DNA of 59,187 nt, the filler included. It is 4 parts of 4 records of this genome, joined end to end, with 100 filler letters (N's around TTAATTAATTAA, not from the genome) between each part and the next. Parts side by side here need not be neighbours in the genome. Positions count along the whole stretch, not along the records: positions 36,308 to 49,751 come from SRR20825019_1139; 3 more parts are not named here. One strand, written 5' to 3'. The position numbers and the translations under genes are program-made. Below the pieces are notes generated by a model. The model worked only from the letters and a program-made list of their open reading frames with translations. It ran no database searches and was not told where the DNA came from. Below are positions 36,637 to 48,326 of this stretch, one piece after another. The stretch's first letter is position 1, and the number at the start of each line of letters is the position of its first letter.

Positions 36637-38280
36637 ATGGCAACTGTCACAAAACTGGCGATACTGACGGCCCTCCTCGTGGTGCTGCCACCATGTCGTG
36701 CCATGGGGGCCCACGACGTGTCGAACCTGAGAGACAAGTTGTCATCAGTCAAGTCCACCTGCCCGGTTTGTGAGCCTGCGGGCTCCGCGGGAAACTTTGA
36801 AGGGACTGTTCTTGCTGCTGAGGTGGCCCCTGTTGGTAACCATCCCTCTACGCTCTCTTCACTGCACATCAACGGCAAGACGGCCGCCAGCCACCAGCGG
36901 GAGTTCCTGGTAGGTTAAACGATGGTTCTGGACAGCCCAGGGCTCACCGACACCATCACATCTGGGCTTGTTATTTATAATACGACAGGTTACATTCGGC
37001 CTGGAGTCAGGAACGGGCACCGAGGCACCAAGCACTCCTGAGCGTGATAAGGTGACCCTGTACACCGGAATCGTGGTGAGCGAATAGTCCTCCGGCATTG
37101 ACTATGACATACTGATCACCTCCGTGATTCACAGGGCACCAACGGAACGGGCGATATCTGGTCCATCAATCCACTGGTCACCATGGCACCAGGGTCCGGC
37201 GACTATAATGCCCAAGGCATTGAGCTGGACTTCAACAACTTGAATGAACACAGGGGGGAAGCCCCCGGCGGAGGCGGGTTGGCACCGCCGGCTGCCTACG
37301 GCATGTCAGTGACAGGGGCGGGCAGTATGCGGTCCACCAGTGCATATATGGCTAGCGGCCCGGGCGGTAAGTCGAGGTGAATAGTTTCGTTGTTGCTTGA
37401 CGGGGGCTGTGTATCGGGACGGTTGGCGCGTTGGTAAAAGAAGACGTCACTATCATCCTTTAAGGATTTGTTTGCACTAACCTAGCTACCGTTGTGGACA
37501 GATCACCCAATATGGAACAGAGGCATTGTCTTTGCCAATAACTGTGTGAAGCAGGTCTGTAGTGCTGTGGCAGGAGTGTCACCGTGCTGACTGTCAGGTA
37601 CAGAGTACCTTCCAGGACACTGGCAGTCCGGACCGATCAGTCGACATCCTCGGCAATCCCACCTACGGCATCTACCAAGCCAGTCCCAACAGCGCCAACT
37701 TCTTCAATGGCAAGGTGAGACATGATACGTTGATCCACTCCACGCGCATAGGTGCTGATGCGGACGGCAGCTTGGTATTGGAAAGGAAAGGCCCGCGTCT
37801 GCCTTAGATGTGGTGGGGGATGTGAGCGCCTCGGGCCACCTCCGCAGCGGGGATCTCTATGCCTCATTGGCCGCCAGACCGTCCGTAGTGGAGGTATGTT
37901 GCTCAAAGTCCTTGTTGCTCTCGACAAAACCTGATGGAGCTACAGCACGGTATCACCGGATTTACCGATTCCGACTCTGCAGTCGTGCAACTGCATGACG
38001 CGAAGGCGTGCCAGCCCGGTGCCCTGCTGTCGTACAGCCTAACTGCAGTGGGCGCACCCATGCCCAATCTGCATGTTTCCAAGGTATCGGGTGTTCTAAA
38101 TGGGCTTGCTTGGCTCAGATTGACGGTGGCCTCTGCAGGACTCGGATCACGTGTGATGCCGGTATGGCAGAGATGACCATAGGAGGAGGCGCTGTTGGAG
38201 GAAAGGTGTCCTGGCATGTGACTGTGTCCTGGACTTCCGAGGACCACTCCACACCAACGTCAGATCGAGTTCTCATTTGA
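36637..38280 (+). CDS. Secreted protein with phage tail-fibre-like motifs; spliced (~7 introns)
   Basis: Signal peptide MATVTKLAILTALLVVLPPCRA. In-phase splicing gives DKVTLYTG, GDIWSINP, AQGIELDFNN, FNGK|LGIGKERPASALDVVGDVSASG and YSLTAVGAPMPNLHVS...IGGG..GGKVSWHVT. Stop TGA ends at 38280. Confidence 0.7.
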
Positions 38281-39030
38281 GTACACAAGGGTCTTCCACC
38301 CCATCTCGTGACAGAGATACCGTGCGGCAGCTGCCCATGCGTTGCTGACGTGGGCCACTTAGTTGCTGGTGCTTTGGCGACCGAACTCAAGTTGGTCACG
38401 TGCATAAACAAATAAGAAGAGAAATGCTTCTATATTTGGAAACAATGGAATAAGGCTGTAGGTCTCAAATCAATCCTGTTCAGGGGGTTAGCGTCGCCAC
38501 CCGTGCTTCGGGCGCCCGGCAGTCCGGGTCCGGTCACGGTGGTCTCAAATCATGGCGGGGGACCGTTACTGACCTGCGCCGGCCGACCGGACGGACAGCA
38601 AGCGCAGCCTAGTCGGAGCGTTCGGGCCGCGCCCCGCCGGCGCCGCCCGGCCCGGCCCGCGTCAGCGGCCGCGGCCCGCGCCTGAAGCCGCCACTGGGGC
38701 TGGGGCGGCAGCGCCGACCGGACGCCGTGGCCGCGCGGCCCCGGCCCGGCTGGGCCGCCGCTCAGACCGGGCGAGCAGTGCGCCGGGGGCGGGCCCGCCC
38801 GGGCCGGGGCGGCTCGATCATCCCTAGTCGGAGGGGTGGCCGCCCCGGCGCACCGCCTGAACTCAGTCCCAGCTGAGCACCGGAAGTCCGCGGGCCGTCG
38901 CCGGCTCCGCCCTGTCCCGTCAACCACTTACGGGTGGGTAAGTTCATACCCGGCCGTTACATAAGGGTGTGACACAACTCTGCCGAGTTCTCCTATAGCT
39001 GGTGAGCACGGAGAGCGCGCCCTGGCAGTC

Positions 39031-39900
39031 ATGAAGCCAGCGGTGGAGTCTGTGACGGACGAGGTGATCCTCTTCCGCCGACCGCCCCCGAGCGCGGCAG
39101 TGTACATCAACGAGATCCCCCCGGGGTGCACCCCGGAGGAGGTGGAGAGTGCCCTGAACAAGTATGGCCTGGTATACGCTGTCACGGTGGGATGGAAGGC
39201 GGGCTACTACAAAGGTTTGGTCAAGGTCCCAGTGCGTGGTGGTTCTGACTGCTCCTGCTTAGGATACGCCGTCGCTCAGTACTTTTCGCGGTTGGATGCG
39301 CAACGGGTCGTGGAGCAGGGGGCGCGGGAGGGCGTGCTGGTGAGCGGGACGCGGGTGTGCGCAAAGTTCAAGACCAGCAACGCCGCTGCTGAGGAGGCGA
39401 AGCCGCTTGGACTGTCCCACGTGATCAACTTGGCCAACTGCTACCTTGGCCATGACGGCTGGTCCACCGAGGTCCGCGGCCTCGTCACGGAGCATGACGG
39501 CGACATATCGACGGCGGGCACGAGGATTCGTGCAACGATGACGCTCCGGTTGGTGATTGGAGCACTGGGAGGCACGGTGATCGACGCAGACGGCACTGCC
39601 GAGGGTGGGTCGGGTGGAGGGCTTTCTCAGGCCAGGGCGTCTAACATCTCTCCAGAGAGCACCAGCAGCCCGGATCGCCCGGTCCTCAGCTACGCGGACC
39701 TGATGGCGCGTGTGAAGAAGCGTGCCTATAACGAGGTGAGCTGAACTCGCGCCAGCACCGCCCCGCAACCCGCTGAACCAGTCCCGAACCAGGCTCTCCG
39801 TGCTGCATTCTCACAAGTCGGGATATACCGCCAGTCACGCCCGGATGGCAAAGGGAGGCAACAGGTGTCCGCACGGGTATTTATGTTGGCTGGGCAGTAG
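39031..39900 (+). CDS. RDM1: RAD52-motif-containing protein 1-like (RRM + Rad52-like motif); spliced
   Basis: RRM VYINEIP...ALNKYGLVYAV...GYAVAQY followed by LANCYLGHDGWS (Rad52/RDM1 LANxxFGFNGWS). Last exon 39793-39900. Confidence 0.72.
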
Positions 39901-39989
39901 CCGCGTGGGGACACGCCTGTCTGGTCATGCAGCCACGGGAGCACTCGCCAGTGTGATGATGATTCTCTCTGTGCCACAAGTGGTGCAGT

Positions 39990-41055
39990 CTACGTGCGTG
40001 CCGTGTTGTAGGAACCACACTCCTTACACTTGAGTCCCAGGACATGGAACCTCGTCTGTGCAATGTAAGTCCAAGGAGGCCTGTAAGAGGGACACTGGGC
40101 TTACCGTCGTCTCTGAATGGCAGTCGTTGCACAGGATTGCCACGTCCACCTCACGGTATTCCTCGGGCATCGGGGTGCTGGCAATGTCCTCATCCAGCGC
40201 CTCCCACACATCCTCCATGTTGTAAAGCGACACCTTACAGATCGGGCAGCTTGTGAGGCGGTTCTGGAAGAAGGTCTTGAGGCACTGGGCATGGATGGCA
40301 TGTCCGCACTTGAGGAGCTGGACACCGGTGGTGGATTCGAACAGGTTCTCACGACAGATCGGGCAGTCGCTGTGGAGCGCCTTCTCGATGCACGTGTGAT
40401 TGTCCTTGAGCGCCAGTCCGATGCAGCTCCCGCACCGGTCACAATGGAAGAAATTATCCCGTCCACCTACCCGGCAGATGCCGCATTTGTCGCAGTGGTA
40501 CTGCTGCTTGCGGGTGTCATCGTCCCAGAACTTGCAGATATCGCAGTAATAGTTCCCCATGCGCACGCCACACTTTTCGCAGTCCTGTTTTGCCGTCTGC
40601 TCATGTCCACACAAGGCACAGATGCAGTGCGTCACACTGTGGCGGTCCAACACATGCTGCTTCTTAGGATCTCTCTCCATGTCGTTCTTGACCTCGTTGT
40701 GGCAGTGGCGGCACCAGAACGCCTCCCCGCAGCAGGGCATCCTGCCCACACAATAAGCAACCCACACAAGCCCCCACGCACGCTCTTCTCACCTCTTCTT
40801 ACACCGCCTCCGGTAGTGCTCGCAGCCGTGCACTAGCTCAGGCAGCGGATTCCGTGCTGCCTCCACAACCGGGTCGTGGTCGGACGAGGACTCGCTGTCG
40901 TCGTCAACTGCAACATCCCCCTGGGACTCGTCGTCGTCCAGCACGGGTTGCATAATCGCCTCTATTGCCTCCAGGGCCTCCGCGGTAACCACACCTACAG
41001 TTTCTTCCCCCCCCTCCCCAATATCCTCTATGCTACCGTCGGGGTTATCAGACAT
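39990..41055 (-). CDS. RCHY1: CHY zinc finger / RING-H2 E3 ubiquitin ligase (Pirh2 family); 3 exons
   Basis: GCEHYRRRC, PCC...CRHCH, YYCDICK, HCDKCGICRVGG, DCPIC...CGHAIH...CPIC, ILCNDC, FHVLGLKCKECGSYNT. Confidence 0.95.
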
Positions 41056-42038
41056 GCTCTCGCAGTTCAGTCGAGGCGGCGCTGGTGCCCTTATTTATTA
41101 GGCATAGCCAGCCAATGCGAGCCCGCCGCACAACGTAACGTGATCATACCGGCGGCTGACCCCAGAGACATCTTCGGATCCGGAGACGATACTGGGGACG
41201 GGGACGCTACAGGCCCGCTACCACGTAGACAAACGGGCCGTCGTGTCGCACAGCCCGCGGCCCGCGGGCCGGCCAGATGCAGCCGCCGCGACCGTCCGGG
41301 CCCCGTGGGGCCGGAGCGACTCGGGGGCTGACCACGGGCAAGCCGGCGTCACTCCTGCCGGTTCACCAACCGGCAGTGGCCTGCCCGTCATCCCGGCAGG
41401 CACGCCGGTTCCGGGCCCGGCCGGGCTCGGGTCAGTGACGCGGGCCCGGGCGGCGCCATCATGCGGCCGGCTCCGGCCGCGGAAGCGACCGGACTGTCAG
41501 CCCCGGCATCAAGAAGTCCGGGTAATGGCCCAACTCGAGGGGAGCCACTAGCGACGTTTCCCATTCGCCGCTCGCCGGCGGAGACGCCGTTTCCCGGACT
41601 GGTTTGGGGTGGGGGTGGCGCGCCCACCGCGGCGTGACCGGCCGGCCCGGCCGGGGGCGCCGCGGTGCGGCCGCGCCGGGGGCCGGCGCGCCTGGTCGGG
41701 CCCTGCCGCACCCGGCCGGGCCGCCCCCCCCGGGCCGGCGCGGCCCGGCCGGCGCGGCCCGGGCAAGCCCCGACCCAGGGTTCGGCCCCACTCCAGGGCC
41801 GCGAGGCGCCACTGACTGAGCCCGCGCGGCCGCGCACTCACTGTGGGATGGCGGCCGGGCGCCGCGCGGTGTCACCCGGCGGTCCCGGCCTGGTTGGCGC
41901 CAGCGGGCGACTGGCTCAAAACTCATTTGAAACGTTTTTGCGTCACGCCACGCCTCGCCCGCGGCCGGCTGGCCCGCCGCCCATATCCACAAATATTGTT
42001 TGCAGGACACGGTCTGTACGTGAATCACACTTTGATTG

Positions 42039-45000
42039 ATGTTTTCACCCGGACGGCGGCGCGACCGTGTAGTCCCGGCGGCACTTCAAGGAATAGCACT
42101 GGAGGAGCCTTTATTGACCACGACGGGTAAGGGTTGTCCTGTCGTCCGCGCCCGCGCACCTGACCAGGTTCGTCTCAGAGCTGGGCCTGGGCGAAGAGTC
42201 GGAGGCTATCTACGCCGAGGACAATGGCGCCGCCCGCCCCAGCCTCGCCTCAGACGAGCAATTCAGCGAGCTGCTGAAGTCTCCCGATACCGTGCCGTGG
42301 CCACCGTGGCTCTTCAGAGAAGTGGGTGTCCGTCATGGTCTTCTTGCTACGTTGGCAATAGCATCCGCGGCGACGGCGGGCTGTCTGCGCGGTACCCTCC
42401 CCGTGGGCATTGGGGTGGGTGTTTGGCAGGCAAGCTGCTTCCGTGAGGGCGCGCTGTCGTCAACAGCCTTCACATATAACATGCGGACCGTGGGTTTGGC
42501 CTTCATAGGTACAGTATCATTGGCGGGTGTATCGTCGAATCTCTAATCGCTTGGTCAGCTGCCGGCGCCCTGGCGTTCCTGCTACAATGCATAGAGGTGC
42601 GGCTCTTCGGTCTTGTTGGCCGCCGCCTTGGGCGGCGCATGCGAGGGATGGTCATGCAGAGGATCCTGGCGCGAACAATCAAGGCGAGCGCTCACGAGCC
42701 TGTGCGGACAACGGCCGTGGTCGAGGGGTAAGAGCAGCGGTGTCGGATATGCGGTCTCCCGGTCACTCACGCCCCGCAAAGCCTGCTCCTAGCGTATGAG
42801 AAGGCTATTTCCACGCATGTAAGCCGGGTCGCCCGGGCTTCCTGTGCGGTAGGGACTATTCTTCCAGCAATCCTGTATTTTGTGCCGTTGGGGGGAGTGT
42901 TTGGCGTCGCGGTGGTGATGGTAGTCATCTTGGTGGACTCGATAGGGGCGGCTGTGCTGCGACGTCTAGCGCGGCGTGCCGAGGCGTCTGCCAGGGATGC
43001 CCTGGGCATCGTCCGCAGTGCTCTCTGGGGAATCGAAACCGTGACTAGCTACGGTCTGCAGCCAATGTTCATGTAAGCCACGATGTGTGTCACCTGTCGA
43101 ATCGTTCTGACGCGGGACCAGCCAAGCTTTTACCGCCCGGTGTCGTAGGGTAGGCGACATCACGGTGCGTGCGGCATTCATCCGCGCCGCCCGGGCCGGG
43201 GGAGGACTTGCAGCAGTTCCTGTTGCGAGCTGCCTGATGTACTGGTGGGCTATCGGGGGGCTGTCCAAGAACATGGATGTGATGGAGATGCTGGCTGGCC
43301 CAGGGGAGTGTGCCATGGTGGTCTTTGGTCTTTTCGCAATGATGGAGAGCGCGTCGATGCTCTTGGACTCCGCGCCTCAGCTTTGGAAGGGTGCCCGTGC
43401 GGCCTCATCGCTGTGGCGTTTTGTTGATACGGGGAGGACGCAAGAAGACCTCCAGCCGGCCGAGCGACGGGGCTCAACGCCGGAGCAGGACGTCGATCTG
43501 GGCGATGTCCGTTACACTTACCATCACCACAATGGTGAAATATCGGGCAATGTCCTGAATGGCCTTACGGTTCAGGCGAGGCGGGGCCACCCCGCAGCAC
43601 TATTTGGAAGCGAGGGCAGCGGAAAGTCAACGGTCTTGAGACTGGTGCGCGAGTTCTCGACATATGGAGATGCAGTCGAAGGCAGGGTTGTGGCGGGCCG
43701 GATCCGAGTTCCCGTGGGGGCTGCGTTGTGCTCATGCGACGGTGCGATCCTGCCGGTGAGCATCGCGGAGAACATTGCGATTGGAATGGTGGGATGCGAT
43801 GCCGAAGACTGGGTCAATGATAGCATGAGGGCGAAGGCAGGGGGGCCGTCGGAGTGGCTTGAGCCACTGGTATCACGCGCCATTGACTGCGCGAGGGAGT
43901 GCGGGATTCACGACTTCATCAGCTCGCTCCCCGATGGATATCGGACGGTGGTGGCTTCGTGGCCGGAGGAGCCCCGGGATTGCTCATGGGAGGCTCGAGG
44001 TCCCGGCCGTGACAGCGTTGTGCTGACGGTTGCCCAGCGGTGCGGAGTGTTGCTGGCCCGGGCCCTCATGTCGACGCCAAGTACAGTTCTTGTCGACGAC
44101 GTGCCCAGTGAACTCGTCACCGAAACTGTGACGTTGGCGCCGCAGACTGACGCCGGGGCGCGGGTGGAGTCGTTTGTCTCTGTACTGGAGCGGCTCGGTG
44201 CCTCACGGGCAGTGATCATTGCAACCCGTCATGCCCACGTAGCACGGTGGGCATCGTCCATCCACGTTGTGGAGGGGGGATATGTGGTGGAGGCGGGCAG
44301 CCACGAGGACCTCTGGGCACACGGGAGCCCGGGGAGATATCACGCCGCCTTGTCCGGGGAAATGGACGATGTGAATGTGCTGATGAGCTTGTCAATCGGA
44401 GTTGCAACAAGCCCCGAGAATAGTCCTGTGAGAGATGGCCGTGGGGTGTCACCGGGCCTGCAGGACTTCATTCCGAGTCGTTCGACGGTGGCATCTCCGA
44501 TGGTCAACATCCCATTTGCTTCCAGCATCTCCCAGCCAGCCTCAGCGCCTCATCGCCGCTCGCTCCGCCGGGCCGTGCGGAACGCCGGGCATGCCGACGG
44601 CCCCAACATGTTTGGGTCATGCTCCCTGTGGACGCCTGCCTTTGCAGGCCAGCTGGCGGCGGTGCTGTCCGGGTTCTTGGTACCGTGCATGGCGGTGGTC
44701 GTGGCGCGGAATATATGTGATTTCATCACCGTTAAGTATGATGACGACCACCTGCTAGCGGAGACTAGGGCCGCTCTCTTGGGGGTGGTGGGTGTGCTGG
44801 CCGGGGTATTCGAGGCGGCGAGGGTTCTCTCCACCGGTGCCGCCAATGGAACGTACACGCGCAACATTCGGCTTGCGTGTATGAGGTCTGTTCTCTTCCG
44901 GCCGCTTGTGATACCCACCTCAGCCGATGACGACGACGAAGGCGACGTTGGCCTGACTATGCCAGATCTATTGCCCTTAGGCAACCGCACGGCACGCCTT

Positions 45001-46425
45001 AACGCCATCAGCTCCATCATATCGGTGTTGGATCGCGATGCCGCGGCTGCCGTGGGGGTCTCTCCACAAGCACTCACGCCAGTCATAGCGTCGGTAGCCG
45101 CGCTGGTAACAGCGGCGGCGTGGGGGCTCTACTACTCACCATATATGGCGGTGGTGCTGGCTATGCCGTGCGTCCTTCTTATCACGGCCGTGCAACTGGA
45201 GGAAGGCATTTTCGCTACAGTGCTCGAGGAGGGGCGGGGGTGCTCCCTCCACACGAGCCAGCCATGGTACAATGGGGCGGCGGTCATGGAGGCTGTAATG
45301 AGGGCCGGGGGAAGGATAGGGCACGGCATGGTCGACCGGTCGCTCGTGCTGGCGTTATATCAGAGCAGGGCCTATTATGCACAGACTCTGGAGCGTCACC
45401 GAACGAATCTTCACGCCGCCGCGGGGTCCTTGGTCGCTGGGCTGGTGTACTTCCTATACGGAGTGGCATTCTGGTATGGGGCCGCCCTGGCCTCACAGGA
45501 TCCCGACGAGACGCGCAATACAATTGCGGCGGCACTGGTGATGATTATCACAGCCCAGGTCATAGGGCGGTACCTGGCATCAACACCATCTACCCCGTGC
45601 GCTGGCACGATCGCTCAGCGCCGGGCGGTGGGGCTCGTACAGCCGGCTGCGCTCCGCCTGGCATCGGCTGCGTGTGCTGCGGCTACCGACACCGACATTC
45701 AGCGGCGTCCCTCCCGCGGCCTGAGCGGGGCAATCGACTTCCAGAATGTTACGCTCGATGATGGCTCACTGCGGTCTTTCAGCGCGGCAATGGAGGCATG
45801 CGAAACTGTGGTTCTCCTTGGAGGTGCTGCGAGCGGACTGCACGCGGTTCCGTGGGCGGCGTCCCGCCTCAGTCAAGGTTGCGAGTCCCATGGGCGTGTC
45901 CTGCTGGACGGAATGCCTGCATCCGATGCCCCGGTCAATGGCATACGGTCGTCGGTCAGCGTGGTCACGAGAGACACAGCACACTTGTTTGAGGGATGGA
46001 CGATTGCTGATAACATCCGGGCCGGGCTTGCCCTCCTGCCAGGGAACGGGAGCAGTCTTGGCCGGATCACATCGAGCGATATGCGGCTCATCGTCGGGGC
46101 TGCCAAGGAGGCGCACGCCCACGCATTCATTGTGCTGCTGCCCAATGGCTACGATACCGTGGTGACGCCGGGCTGTCTGGAGCCGTGGCAGGCGTGGCGG
46201 GTCGGTCTCGCTCGCGGCCTTGTGCGCTCGCCGGCAATCTTGGTGGTTAGCGCAGATGACTGTGAATCGGACAACGGGGCGGGTTCAGGCCGTGACGTGC
46301 TGGCTCACGTGTGCCAAGGTCGCACAGCGATAGTCCTGTCATCCCGTCGGCAGGTGGCGGACTCGTTGGGTGTGGGGCAGCGTGTTGTTGTCATTGAGAA
46401 TGGGCGCGCGGTGGAGTCGTACTAG
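42039..46425 (+). CDS. Divergent ABCB/MDR-like full transporter (TMD-NBD-TMD-NBD) with degenerate ATPase motifs
   Basis: GSEGSGKST, SIAENIAIG, IHDFISSLPDGYRT, VVEAGSHEDL, YGVAFWYGA, GAIDFQNV, AHAHAFIVLLPNGYDT. Probable first exon from 42039, intron 42127-42178; long final exon ends 46425. 5' exons uncertain. Confidence 0.8.
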
Positions 46426-46461
46426 GCCGGGTTGGCGGGTTAATAATACATTGTATTCGGT

Positions 46462-48326
46462 TCAGTGCGCGCGGAATATGTGGTCCATAGCCTGCTGGAG
46501 TTTCTCCATGGTGCTCTCCATGACCTGAGCAGGCATAAGCGTTGCTCCCCTCAACAACATGTCTGCCTACCTGTGAGGTCATGCGCTGTTCGGACTCCCG
46601 TGTATTCTTTTCCTCAGTCAGATTCTCGTGCAGGGACCTGTCACCCTGGACACGGGCCTCCGTCTCCTTCTCAAGGGTGTAGTTCATAGTCCACAGTTTG
46701 TCGTCAATATTCTGCCATCGGGTTCATCAGCACCATCCCAGCCAGCTGCAGGCACGTCTCCCCCCACCTTGAATCTCTGGAAGTTCTCCTCAGCCATTGT
46801 GCGCTGCTGTCTCTCCATCGCAGTCGACAGATCGTTCATCAGTCCGTTCATCTTCTCCATAAGGTGCTCCATATCTGCGCAGCACAACCATCAGCATCCC
46901 ATCCTGGCCCCATTCTCTCCATACCCACCATTGGCGCGTGACTTGGATTCCAGCTCAAGTTGTCCCTTGAGCGCCGCCTGCTCATTGCCTAGGGCCTTCT
47001 GAAGCTTCTTCATCTCGGTGTGGATGTCTCGGGCCTCTTGTGACAAGATGAACTTCATGTCCTCCTGCTCCGGGGTCAGGGCACTATCATTCTCATCACC
47101 CCGAACCAACAGACCTTCTCAGCGTGGAAGAGTTCCTTCATAGCCTCGGCATTTCGCTCTCTAGCGCTACGCTCGCCGTCCACCGTGGTCTGCATGTGCG
47201 CCACGCTGTTCTACACTCGCCGCAGTCAGCATTTCCACACCGCCCGTCCACCTGTCGCGCCCACCTTCAGATTCTTGAATGCGGTTTGGATATCTTCGGT
47301 GCGCTTCAGTGCCTCCGTCTGCAATTCGCTCTGGAGGCTATTGACTTTGTCACTGATACGGTCCGTGAACACCTCAAGGTTGTGGATCTTCTCCTTGATA
47401 ACCGAATCCGACCCGCCCACCTCGCCCATCCGATTCTCCAACCTGGCACCACATCAGCCCGCCATCATTGCATAGCTGCTGCCCTGGTCCACTCACTCCA
47501 TAACCTTCATCTTCAAGTCCTTCGCCTGCGTGTCACTGTCCAGCTTGTCACTACTGTGCTGCATCATGGCGTCACCAATCTTCTCGTCAATAAGCCGACG
47601 GAGCGCTTTGTCTGTGGACAGCCCACGGCGCCGGTCAGCAGCCGTCCCCATCAGCCAATAACCAAGTGAACCCACCCATGTTTTCACGGTTGTCCTTCTC
47701 GGACTGGACTAGGCGCTCGAGTCGCTGCAGCCGTTCCTCGTTGTTATCCTGCACACACATCAGTTCCGGAGCATGTTGGTTCTTGCTCCGCCGCACCATC
47801 CTAAACTCCATGGTTTTGCTCATGTTCGTCAGGTTCCCAACTTGATTGGAAAGCTCCTCAATGCGACCGTCACGGGACCGCCGGACGATGCTCTGATTCT
47901 CAATGTCCTTATCAAGATCACCCACTTTGGCGCTCAGTTCCACAAGCTTGCTGTTATTGAGCGCTTTGGTGGACTCGGAGGCAGCGGACGGCCGGAATGC
48001 CTGAGGGGCGTAAGATCTCCCACCGCCGCACACATATCAATGTACACACCGAGGAGGGGCGCGAGATGGCGCTGACATCATTGGAAGGCGCAAAGCTCCT
48101 GTTCACCCCGCGCTGGGGAGAGAAGACTGAAGAGTTGTTCCTGTGGGAAAATCTGTTAGAGCACACCCGGCGGGCAAGTTATGAAACATTACCCCCCGGG
48201 CTTGAACGGGTTAAGAGGTGTCTGTGGTTTGATGAGATTTGGGCGCACGGAAGAGGCGCTGCCCGGGCGCGGCCGTCCCGCGCCGCCACCTCCCACTGAG
48301 CTGCTAAAACTGTTGTTGGCAAACAT
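46462..48326 (-). CDS. Coiled-coil protein, SF-assemblin/beta-giardin-like; spliced
   Basis: Pro/Ser/Gly-rich head (MFANNSFSSSVGGGGAGRPRPGS...) then segmented coiled coil with recurrent ExxxR (ETEARVQGD, EKNTRESEQ), ending MEKLQQAMDHIFRAH*. Family call tentative. Confidence 0.55.
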
